A stretch of 64,000 bases of DNA. It comes from a virus. The notes below the pieces were generated by a model. It saw only the letters and a list, made by a program, of their open reading frames with translations. It was not told where the DNA came from and did no database searches. The position numbers and the translations under genes are program-made. The DNA lies in the IMG/VR virus record IMGVR_UViG_3300046170_000524, one strand, 5' to 3'. How positions within the stretch are numbered: the stretch's first letter is position 1; every line of letters begins with the position of its first letter. Positions 47,543-57,801 of this stretch are shown piece by piece.

Positions 47543-49531
47543 ATGATGAGCAAAAGAAAATACGTAAAACGTTCTGATTATTGGAAAAAATTTGACAAAG
47601 CTTCTTCGGGTAATTTAAATGACTTTTTACAAAAAGATATTGTTTCTCCGTCTTCTGCGGGAGAGCCATATTATATAGAGTCTTTTGCTGATTATAGTAG
47701 AACTCAATCTTCTTCTGGTGAATTTGCTTCAAGAAGGAATAAAGCTCATAAGTCAGATAAAAAGTTTAGATTTTCAAATATATCCGGAGGAATGCTTCCG
47801 TATGTTTATGGCAGTGATGGAGTTAATGTAAGAGATACTATAGAATTATGTCAAAAGGCATACGCAAATATTGCTGTATTTAGGAACGCGATTGATGTTA
47901 TGTCAGAGTTTGCAAATTCAAGTATTTACTTAGAAGGTGGAACTCAAAACTCTCGAGATTTTGTCTATAAATGGTTTGAGAGAATTAATTTATGGAATTT
48001 AAAAGATCAGTACTTCAGAGAATATTATAGGAGTGGTAATATATTTTTATATCGAGTCGACGGAAGCTTTTCTAAATCTGATTTTGATAAGTTGACAAAA
48101 ATTTACGGATCCTCTTTAGCTCTAAAGCCTGGTAAATTGCCTGTTAAATATATTTTATTAAATCCTTATGATATTGTTGCGACAAAAGGGTCTTCGTTTG
48201 AAACAGGGTTGTATGAAAAAATATTATCTGAATATGATATTGAGAGATTAAAAAACCCAAAAACTGAATATGATCAACAAGTATATGAAGCTTTAGATGT
48301 TGATACTAAAGAAAAAATAAAGAATGGTAAATATAATTCAGATGGCATAAGAATAAAATTAGATCCAGGTCATTTAGTATATTCATTTTATAAAAAACAA
48401 GATTATGAGCCTTTCGCCGTTCCTTTTGGTTATCCAGTTTTGGATGACATTAATTTTAAATTAGAATTAAAACAAATTGATCAAGCTATATGTAGAACAA
48501 TTGAAAATGTAATTCTTCTCATCACCATGGGCGCGGAGCCAGATAAAGGTGGCATTAATCCTCGCAACATGGAGGCTATGCAGAATTTATTTAAAAATGA
48601 AAGCGTTGGACGCGTTCTTGTTAGTGATTATACTACGAAAGCTCAGTTTGTGATACCTGATATCGGTAAGGTTGTGGGCCCTGCAAAATATGAAGTTATT
48701 AATAACGATATTAAGGATGGTTTACAGAATGTTATTATTGGCGACGAAAGATATAGTAATACTCAAGTAAAAGCTAAAATATTTCTTGAAAGACTAGAAG
48801 AGTCCAGAAACGCATTTATTTATGATTTTCTACAGCCCCAAGTAAAAATGATTTGTCAAAATTTAGGCTTTAGGAAGTACCCTACCGTTAAGTTTGAACA
48901 AACGGATATTAAAGATGAAGTACAGCTCCAGAGAGTTGCTACTCGATTAATGGAGCTTGGTATAATTACCCCTGAGCAAGGAATGCATGTTTTAGAAAAA
49001 GGTACATATCCTAAAGCAGAAGAGATGTCCCCTTCTCAGGAGAAATATATTGAACAGAGAAAAAAGGGCATGTATAACCCTATTGTCGGAGGAGTTCCGA
49101 TGGTATCTACTGAATTAGGAGATGCGACGGATAATATAAAGCCTAAACAAGAGGTTGGTAGGCCTATTGGTACTTCTGGTATTCCCCAGCAAAACAAAAG
49201 CGAAAGTCGAGAACTATTTTCTAGAAAAGATTTGCAAGAAATTATTTATGCAACAGAAGAGTTAAGGAACGAAGGTTATAAGCAAATGCGAAAAAAGCTT
49301 AACAAGAAAAAGCTTAAGAAAAGTGAATCTGATATGATTGACGAACTTTGCGAGTCAATAGTTTTATCTTCTGATCAAAAAGAATGGAGCCAAAAGATTC
49401 AAGATTGTATATCTAATCCTGAAATAATAGAGTCTTTGGATGTTTTTAATAAAATACAAGAATTGTCTGTCGAGCATAATTTAGATTTATATTCTTCAGC
49501 TATTCTATTTCATAGTAATAAAAGGAGCTAA
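47543..49531 (+). CDS. Portal protein
   Basis: LCQKAYANIAVFRNAIDVMSEF, YFREYYRSGNIFLY, PFAVPFGYPVL; size and helical pattern fit a large-phage portal. Confidence 0.75.
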   Translation: MMSKRKYVKRSDYWKKFDKASSGNLNDFLQKDIVSPSSAGEPYYIESFADYSRTQSSSGEFASRRNKAHKSDKKFRFSNISGGMLPYVYGSDGVNVRDTIELCQKAYANIAVFRNAIDVMSEFANSSIYLEGGTQNSRDFVYKWFERINLWNLKDQYFREYYRSGNIFLYRVDGSFSKSDFDKLTKIYGSSLALKPGKLPVKYILLNPYDIVATKGSSFETGLYEKILSEYDIERLKNPKTEYDQQVYEALDVDTKEKIKNGKYNSDGIRIKLDPGHLVYSFYKKQDYEPFAVPFGYPVLDDINFKLELKQIDQAICRTIENVILLITMGAEPDKGGINPRNMEAMQNLFKNESVGRVLVSDYTTKAQFVIPDIGKVVGPAKYEVINNDIKDGLQNVIIGDERYSNTQVKAKIFLERLEESRNAFIYDFLQPQVKMICQNLGFRKYPTVKFEQTDIKDEVQLQRVATRLMELGIITPEQGMHVLEKGTYPKAEEMSPSQEKYIEQRKKGMYNPIVGGVPMVSTELGDATDNIKPKQEVGRPIGTSGIPQQNKSESRELFSRKDLQEIIYATEELRNEGYKQMRKKLNKKKLKKSESDMIDELCESIVLSSDQKEWSQKIQDCISNPEIIESLDVFNKIQELSVEHNLDLYSSAILFHSNKRS

Positions 49532-49533
49532 GA

Positions 49534-50013
49534 ATGGGAGCGTTCGAAACTTTTGTTAATGCCAACTTAGGTATACGGAAGCCTTTAATTACTGACTCTG
49601 GTCATCCTTCTGGCAGCGCAAAAGCTGCGGGAGTAGTCGGCTCTCATTATATAGATTCTGATACAAATTTTATATATGAAAAGACAGGAGAAAACAATTC
49701 TGCAGATTGGGTTAAAATACGAAGTCTGGGAGAAACTGTGCAAGATGTTGTAAGTAACGAAAGACCTTTTTCTGCATCCCTTGACCTGCCGACTGGAGTT
49801 GATACATTATCTTACAGTTATCAATCTATTGGGGACAACACTAATTACAACTCCCCCCCTCAAGTTATAGCTTCAATGAGACTGGGGGAAGATTCAGAAT
49901 TTTTTTACGCATACTCAACATACAATGTTAGTACTACTGGATTTTACATAGCATTTTCAGATCAAATATCAGAAACAGGCAATCATTTAGATATTTCTAT
50001 TCATAAAGACTAA
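49534..50013 (+). CDS. Virion structural protein
   Basis: Between portal and fibre genes; its C-terminal beta module resembles those repeated in the fibre proteins. Confidence 0.55.
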   Translation: MGAFETFVNANLGIRKPLITDSGHPSGSAKAAGVVGSHYIDSDTNFIYEKTGENNSADWVKIRSLGETVQDVVSNERPFSASLDLPTGVDTLSYSYQSIGDNTNYNSPPQVIASMRLGEDSEFFYAYSTYNVSTTGFYIAFSDQISETGNHLDISIHKD

Positions 50014-50055
50014 ATGATAGTGTATAAAACTAAGAAAAGTTAAACTTTAGGTAAA

Positions 50056-53000
50056 ATGGCAATTAATCAATTATATTTAATTAAAAGTGGAGAAAATTCA
50101 TTTGTTGAGGAAACAGGGACAATTATTAGTATTAGTGGGGGGCAGGTTGGTATAGGAACAAGTGCTCCTGAATCATATCTCCATATTACTGGAAGCACTC
50201 AGATCGATGGCGACTTAACTGTTAAGGGTAATTTTTCTACAGTTAATGAAACAACTGTGCAGATTGATGACAAAAATATTGAATTAGGTGTTGGATCAAA
50301 TTCTGATATGCTGTCCAATGGAGGAGGTATAACCCTAAAAGGCTTTACCGATAAAACTATTACTTGGTTAAACTATAATGACGCATGGAATTTTAATACA
50401 AATATTTACGTAGATGGTAGCGGTAATTTCGCCTCAGGGGTTAATATAGAGGGGGAAGCTGTTTTTAATTCGGACTTGAATGTAAGCGGTAACGGTAATT
50501 TCGCCTCAGGGGTTAATATAGAGGGAGAAGCTGTTTTTAATTCGGACTTGAATGTAAGCGGTAACGGTAATTTCGCCTCAGGGGTTAATATAGAGGGAGA
50601 AGCTGTTTTTAATTCGGACTTGAATGTAAGCGGTAACGGTAATTTCGCCTCAGGGGTTAATATAGAGGGAGAAGCTGTTTTTAATTCGGACTTGAATGTA
50701 AGCGGTAACGGTAATTTCGCCTCAGGGGTTAATATAGAGGGAGAAGCTGTTTTTAATTCGGACTTGAATGTAAGCGGTAACGGTAATTTCGCCTCAGGGG
50801 TTAATATAGAGGGAGAAGCTGTTTTTAATTCGGACTTGAATGTAAGCGGTAACGGTAATTTCGCCTCAGGGGTTAATATAGAGGGAGAAGCTGTTTTTAA
50901 TTCGGACTTGAATGTAAGCGGTAACGGTAATTTCGCCTCAGGGGTTAATATAGAGGGAGAAGCTGTTTTTAATTCGGACTTGAATGTAAGCGGTAACGGT
51001 AATTTCGCCTCAGGTTTATTTTTTAAAAACCAACCCGTTTTAACCGGAATAGAGTCTGATTTGAGCAAATGGAAAATAAATGATACTCCAAGCTCTGATA
51101 CATATAACGTAAACATTTCTGGGGATGGTCAAGACTATTTATTCTCTGAAGACTTCGAAGGGTTGGACCCTGAAATTAAAATTAAAAGTGGTGGCACTTT
51201 AGTTTTCAGTAATATAGGTCAAGGGCACGCTTTGGCTGTAAAAAATAATGAAAATGTCGATGTCTCGGTAGAGTCTAATAATCAGACAATATTTGCTCCA
51301 ACTCAAACTGGAATATATACGTATTATTGCCAATCTCACCCTGAAGTTATGAAGGGGCAAATTCACGTTTTAAATAACCAGGAAATTTTTTATAATGACG
51401 GTGACGTGGGTATTGGAACGGATAGTCCTGCCTACAGCTTGGATGTTGTGGGCAAGGGGAACTTTAGCGAAGGTCTTTATGTTAACGGAAACTCTGTCTT
51501 GACTGGTAGCACCTCTGTTTTAGGAAAATGGGAAGACGGCGCGGAAGCTGGAGAGATTTTTTATAAAGCTGGAAATGTAGGTATCGGAACAGATAACCCT
51601 TCTTATAATCTAGAGGTTAAGGGTAGCGGAAATTTTTCAGAGGGATTGTATGTTAACGGAAACTCTGTCTTGACTGGTAGCACCTCTGATTTAGGAAAAT
51701 GGGGAGACGGCGCAGAAGCTGGAGAGATTTTTTATAAGGCTGGAAATGTAGGTATCGGAACGGATAATCCTTCTGTAAATCTTGACGTAGTTGGAAAGAC
51801 TCAAGTAAGCGAATCTTTTTCTGTTTCGAACATTTTTTCTATAGATGATCAGGGGCGAGTCGGTGGTCAGACACCTTTTTCTAATGATGTTATACAGTGG
51901 GATGGATTAAAATGGGTAGCCGCTCAATCTGCTGAGGGTGGTTCGAATGGTGGGGGAGAAGTCCCTTCTGCTTTATTATATAATTTATCAAGCGGAGAGT
52001 CCATTCAGCAAGTCTCGTTTGGGCAGACTTTTAATGTTATTCCTCGCATAGCAACAAATCTTGAAATTAATGGAGAAGGGTCTATTATTCCTTACATTAT
52101 TTCTGGATTGAGTACAAGCGGTTATAATGCGGTTTTTGCCAAAAAAATACCAAACAATAATTATCGAATTCATACTGTTTTTGGTGGTAAAGATGTTTAT
52201 TGGGAAACTGGCGTATCAAATAGTTTGGTTTATAATGATGGAGATGTTAATTTATTAAGAAATTTAAGTGTTAGTGGAAGTTTGACTGTGCAAGGAAGTC
52301 CTGTATTAACCGGAAGCGTTTCAGATCTTGGGAAATGGGAGGATTCAGTAACCGCTGGAGAAATTTATTATAATGGCGGAAATGTGGGTATTGGTACAAT
52401 TGACCCCGCTTATAGCTTACATGTAAATGGAACAATTTACAATCAAAACGGAGGAATCAATGTCGCCAATAAATTTAATGTTTCTACATTGGGTGCAGTT
52501 GGTGGACAAAGTCCAGATTTTAATGAAGTAATCAAATGGGACGGAACAAAATGGATTGCTGGTAGCGCTCCTGGTGGTGGAGCTACTTCATCAAGTGAGG
52601 CGCCAAGTGCATTTGATACTTGGTTAAATCAGGGATCTGCAATTCAAGTAATTTCATTTGTTGATGCTCCTGAAGGTGGTTATCAATCAATTCCTTCAAT
52701 TTCTACAGACGTAGAGATTATTGAGGGGGATATTATTCCTTATGCTATATCTGGAGTTTCTACAACCGGATATTATGCAGTATTTTCCGATCCAATTCCT
52801 ACCGCTAACAATTATAAAATTCATACCACTTTTGGAGGTAAAGAGGTTTATTGGCAAACTGGTGCTGGCGGAAACTCAATTTATTATGATGGTGACGATG
52901 TTTCTGTAGACAATCTAACTATTGGCGGAAATCTTACGGTCAATGGCACGCAAACTATTGTTAACACAGAAACTGTGGAGATCGAAGACCATAATTTGGT

Positions 53001-55411
53001 TATCGCGGCGAATACAGGGCACAATCAATTAACCGCTGAATATCCTGGAGCTGGTGGTGCATATGCCGGTATACTTTGGGGTACTGGAGATGCTGGTGCA
53101 GCGTCACCTGTTAGTTTGACATATCAGTCGAACAAGGGTTTTGCATTTGAAGGCGGTAACGTAGGTATTGGCACCTCGAGTCCTGAAGGTAGATTACACG
53201 TTAAGGCTTCTAGCTCTGGGGCTACTGATGTTGCAGATGGAACTTTAATAGTAGAGCAAGGATCAAATCCTTCTATTCAGATTCTTTCAGCAGAAAATCG
53301 AATTCAATCAATAAAGTTTGGTGATCCTCAAGCTGGTGATGTAGGAAGAATAACTTATTCTCATCTGGACGACAAAATGAGTTTTGTTAGCAACGGCACA
53401 TCAAACATGACTATCGACTCCGCAGGCAACGTAGGTATTGGTACTACGGAGTCCTAGTTATAAGTTAGATGTTGAAGAAGCTACTAATGCAACTTATGCA
53501 GCTAGAATATTTAATAGAGGTGGAGATTCATATGGTTTGCTTGTTAAGACATTTTCTCAGGATGATGAGACATATCCTATACTCGATTTAGAGAATTCAA
53601 CGTCAAATGTGTTTAGGGTGCAAGCGAACGGCAACGTAGGTATTGGTACTACGAGTCCTGATGAAATGTTACATGTTGTAAACACATCAGGCGGCTCTTC
53701 TATTAAGATTGAAGGAGCAGCAGCAAGTTCAAGTAATATATTATTTGGAGATGCAGGTGGTAGAGTAAGATACGACTACGCTGCAGATAATATAGCATTA
53801 TGGACAAGCGGAACTGAAAAACTTACTGTCACAAGTGGCGGCAACGTAGGTATTGGTACTACGAGTCCTGATAGACTTATGCATCTTGCTTCTAATGCTG
53901 CGATAATTTGCATAGAAGATACCGCAGGTGCTACAGATGACAAGCGAGCGCAAATTCAGGTTGATGATGGTAAATTTGAAATCAACAGTCGAAACGATGA
54001 CAATAGCAACAGAACTGACAATATTTTTGTAGCCGATTTAGGCACAGGCAACGTAGGTATTGGTACTACGAATCCTAGTGCTAAAACAGTCATTAAAAGC
54101 GGTGTAAACAGTTTACCTAATTCTGATATAAGTGCCGATACAGGCACGGCTTTAAGAATTTTGGGAGCAGATGAAGCTGCAATCGATTTGGGTTCAACAG
54201 GTAGAATTAATAATGGCGGGGTGGGTCAGTGGATTCAGGCTAGGCATAGTGGGAATGACAGCACTTATTATAATTTACTCTTAAATCCAAATGGAGGCAA
54301 CGTCGGTATTGGTACTACGAGTCCTGTTGGCGCGCTAGAAGTTAATGCTAACTCTACCGAAGTTGTACTTAGAGGAACTTCTCCTGATGGATTATCATTT
54401 ATTGACATTAAGAAACTCAACTCAGGTGATACAGAATTCAGTAACGCTTTATACGCTGGAGGTACATCAGGCGACTATATTTTTAGCAACGGCAACGTAG
54501 GTATTGGTACTACGAGTCCTAGTGCTAATCTTCATGTTCTTAAAGATATGGGTAATGCCAATGTAGATGGCAGTTTTACATTGCAGAAAACTGCATACAC
54601 AAGGTCAAGTTCACACCCAGAAGGTTCAGGGCAATTCATGACACACAAGTTGCATGAGCTAAGTTACTCTGGAGATTTCTCTACTAGTGGAAATAATCAC
54701 CTTAATGACACTATCATTGGACTCGATGTAAACTTGGACACTAATGCTGGCGGTCAATACGCTGCTTTATTCAACGGAGGGAATGTCGGTATTGGTACTA
54801 CGAGTCCTGGTTATAAATTGCATGTATCGGATGACCGTGACGGTAATTTTGTGGCTGAAATACAAAATACTTCAAATGGGACTATAGGATCTACAGGTCC
54901 ACATGGATTACATATTAAATATCGAAATTCATCTCCTGACCAAACACATATGGATTTTCTTAGATGCAGTGATTCCACAGCTACACGCATGCGAGTTTAT
55001 AGTGACGGTGACGTGTGGACAAGTGATTCAGGCTTTCTGTCTTCAGATGAACGTTTAAAGACTAATATTCAAGACGCAACTTCCAAACTGGAAGATATCA
55101 AAAGACTAAAAGTTCGTAATTTTGAATGGATTTCTGAATTTCACCCCGAAAAGGTTGGAGAAAAGAAAATTGGTTTTATAGCTCAAGAACTGGAAGAAGT
55201 TTTCCCGGGTCTAGTAAGTGATCACAATATCTCCTCTGATGATGGTGAAGTCGTGAATAGAAAAAGTATTCGCATGGGAGCTTTGATTCCTGTTCTCACC
55301 AAAGCAATTCAAGAACAACAAGCCATCATCGAAGACTTGAGGTCTCAAAACGAGTCGCAGCAATCCACAATTAACGATCTCATTTTACGTATAGAAACTC
55401 TAGAACAATAA
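50056..55411 (+). CDS. Long tail fibre with GNVGIGT repeats and C-terminal peptidase S74-like chaperone (one apparent indel at ~53449)
   Basis: ORFs 50056..53457 and 53438..55411 join if one G is removed from ggtactacgGagtcct; SDERLKTNI S74-like motif plus terminal coiled coil. Confidence 0.8.
50421..51014 (+). repeat. In-frame 72-bp tandem repeat, 8 full copies + 18 bp
   Basis: Unit encodes GNFASGVNIEGEAVFNSDLNVSGN; starts at 50421, 50493, 50565, 50637, 50709, 50781, 50853, 50925, 50997; only one synonymous difference (first copy). Confidence 0.95.
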
Positions 55412-57292
55412 TAAAAAATGAAAAATTTAAGAACAGGCACCGCGAAATTCGACACAATTAGAGCAAAAGATGCAAGTGGGTTGCATATTCAAGATGATGC
55501 AGGCAATGGGCTGTTTATCAAAGATGGAGGAAATGTAGGTATTGGTACTACGAGTCCTGATAAATTATTTCATGTGGAAACAAATGATACTAGCACAAAT
55601 GCTATAGCTAAATTTAAAAACGCTGGGGATGGTGATGCAACATTGCAGATAGGCAATGCTACTACAAATTTTGTTATTGGAATGGACAATTCAGATTCCG
55701 ATAAATTTAAGCTTGGATATGGTGATGCATTGGAAAGCATAACAGGAATGACTATCGACTCCTCTGCTAACGTAGGTATTGGTACTACGAATCCTGTTTA
55801 TAATTTGCAGGTTCAGGCATCAACGCCAATTGTTTCTATTGTTTCTAATGTTGATAGTTCATCAAGATTAAATTTATTCGAAAGAATAGGATCTGGACAG
55901 AGTTTAGGTGCTTTTATTAAATATAATGGTACTACGAATGCGTTAGAATTGGGCAATACTGTTAACGATAGTGATGCCGTGAATATATCTGTTTCTAGAG
56001 TTTCTGGCAACGTAGGTATTGGTACTACGAATCCTAATGCGAAGTTAGAGGTTAAGACAGCGGAAAACTTGCATATGCGAGTAGGAAGTCTTGCACCCGA
56101 AATAAGCCCTATAGTTCGATTTCAGGGTCAATCATCTTTGGGGCAAAATTGGTATGGAGACATACAGCTAGATGCAGAAGATGGAATATTTAGCATGTTT
56201 GCTCCTAATACGGTAGGCCCAATAGTTAAATCATTAAATATTATTCAAGGCGGCAATGTAGGTATTGGTACTACGAGTCCTGATTCTAAGCTTCATCTTT
56301 CCACAACAGGATTAGATGGCTTGCGGTTATCGGTTGATTCACAGAGTTATTATCACATGATTCGCCCTAATGGTGATGGCCTGTATATAGGTGCAGATGA
56401 AGACAGTTCAGGAGGATCAGGTGCAGACATCCGCCTAAACATCAAAGGAGATGAGAAGATGCGCATCGACTCCAACGGCAACGTCGGTATTGGTACTACG
56501 AGTCCGCAGCACAAACTTGATATTTCAACAGATGACACAAATGGGTTGAGGTTGATAAACCCTGCTGCCGCGAAAGTAAATCAAAGTAATGACCCGCCAG
56601 CAATTTTATTTCAGGCAAACGGATGGGACACTAATGTAGGATCAAGAGCATATTCAGCTAGAATCAGAGTAAACTCCAACTACTCAGGTGCATCAGATCG
56701 TGGGAACACGCATCCTGTGATGAATTTCGATCTAGAGACGAATGAAAACAATCCTGATGACAATCTAAGTACCAAGATGATGATCAATGCTGACGGCCAA
56801 GTCGGGATTGGTACTACTGATCCTAATGCTCGGCTCGAAGTTAAGACGAGAAACTCGGATGAATTGGCAATTCGAGTAATGTCTGCTAATGATAATTCAT
56901 TATTCGATATACGAAAGTCAGATAATGGAGATACTGAGTTTTTAAATACTTACTACAGTGCATCAGAAGGTGGATTATCAGGTGGTTTTGCATTTAAAAC
57001 TACTGATAATGCATCGGGCGCAGCAAAACAGACTCGTATGAGTATTCTACAGAACGGCCGAGTCGGGATTGGTACTACGAATCCTGATAAGCCTCTAGAA
57101 ATTGCGCAATCCGATGGTACTAGTGGGATTAGATTAAACTATATTCCATCCACTTATCCTAACAATTACCTAGCAGATATATACCACGATGGAGGTAATG
57201 GTTTAATATTAGAATCAAAATTAGGTTCCGCAACCATCGCAGGTGACATATTGCTTGCTCCAAATGGCGGCAACGTAGGTATTGGTACTACG
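53434..57292 (+). repeat. Dispersed in-frame ~27-30 bp repeat (ggcaacgtaggtattggtactacgagtcct consensus), 15 copies
   Basis: GG(T/G)ATTGGTACTAC core starts at 53434, 53639, 53849, 54056, 54305, 54500, 54788, 55538, 55775, 56015, 56261, 56486, 56804, 57065, 57278; further copies at 63543 and 63813. Confidence 0.9.
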
Positions 57293-57781
57293 GATCCTGG
57301 TTCTTATAAATTGAATGTGAATGGAGCGGCATTTTTCTCTAATACGATAACCGTAGATGCAACAAATTATACTTCTGACGACCGTGTCAAACACAACGAA
57401 CAACCAATCGTTGGCGCACTTGAAACACTCGGCAAGATAACTCCCAAAAAGTACATCAAAACAACCGAAATGTACGATGCAAATCACGATTTCGAACTTG
57501 ATGCAGATGGTAATCCGATTAATGAAAATGGCGAACCAGTAGAACATCGCATCGAAGCAGGTGTAATCGCGCAACAAGTATTGACTGTGGATGAATTGGC
57601 ATTTGCGGTCAGCCCAGAAGGCGTAGACGAAGATGGAGTTGTAACAAGCCCACATGGACTCGATTACAATAGTTTATTTACTTATGCAATCGCCGCAATC
57701 CAAGAACAACAGGAAATAATTGAAACTCAGAACTCTAGGATAGACGAACTAATATCTCGCATTGAAACCCTTGAGCAATAA
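55418..57781 (+). CDS. Tail fibre protein with GNVGIGTT repeats and peptidase S74-like C-terminus
   Basis: Eight GxVGIGTTxP repeats; TSDDRVKHNE...EAGVIAQ...YNSLFTY and a terminal coiled coil. Confidence 0.85.
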   Translation: MKNLRTGTAKFDTIRAKDASGLHIQDDAGNGLFIKDGGNVGIGTTSPDKLFHVETNDTSTNAIAKFKNAGDGDATLQIGNATTNFVIGMDNSDSDKFKLGYGDALESITGMTIDSSANVGIGTTNPVYNLQVQASTPIVSIVSNVDSSSRLNLFERIGSGQSLGAFIKYNGTTNALELGNTVNDSDAVNISVSRVSGNVGIGTTNPNAKLEVKTAENLHMRVGSLAPEISPIVRFQGQSSLGQNWYGDIQLDAEDGIFSMFAPNTVGPIVKSLNIIQGGNVGIGTTSPDSKLHLSTTGLDGLRLSVDSQSYYHMIRPNGDGLYIGADEDSSGGSGADIRLNIKGDEKMRIDSNGNVGIGTTSPQHKLDISTDDTNGLRLINPAAAKVNQSNDPPAILFQANGWDTNVGSRAYSARIRVNSNYSGASDRGNTHPVMNFDLETNENNPDDNLSTKMMINADGQVGIGTTDPNARLEVKTRNSDELAIRVMSANDNSLFDIRKSDNGDTEFLNTYYSASEGGLSGGFAFKTTDNASGAAKQTRMSILQNGRVGIGTTNPDKPLEIAQSDGTSGIRLNYIPSTYPNNYLADIYHDGGNGLILESKLGSATIAGDILLAPNGGNVGIGTTDPGSYKLNVNGAAFFSNTITVDATNYTSDDRVKHNEQPIVGALETLGKITPKKYIKTTEMYDANHDFELDADGNPINENGEPVEHRIEAGVIAQQVLTVDELAFAVSPEGVDEDGVVTSPHGLDYNSLFTYAIAAIQEQQEIIETQNSRIDELISRIETLEQ

Positions 57782-57801
57782 TTTATTAATTAAAAAATAA
57801 T

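Noticed and set aside
50406-51116. 236-aa antisense ORF
   Set aside because: It is the reverse-strand shadow of the 72-bp tandem repeat.
53440-53460. Programmed frameshift or phase variation in the tail fibre
   Set aside because: It is a single extra G inside an otherwise conserved repeat copy, with no slippery heptamer or long homopolymer; treated as a probable error.
53434-57292. CRISPR array
   Set aside because: Spacers are 195-318 bp, variable and protein-coding in frame; no cas operon or leader is present.
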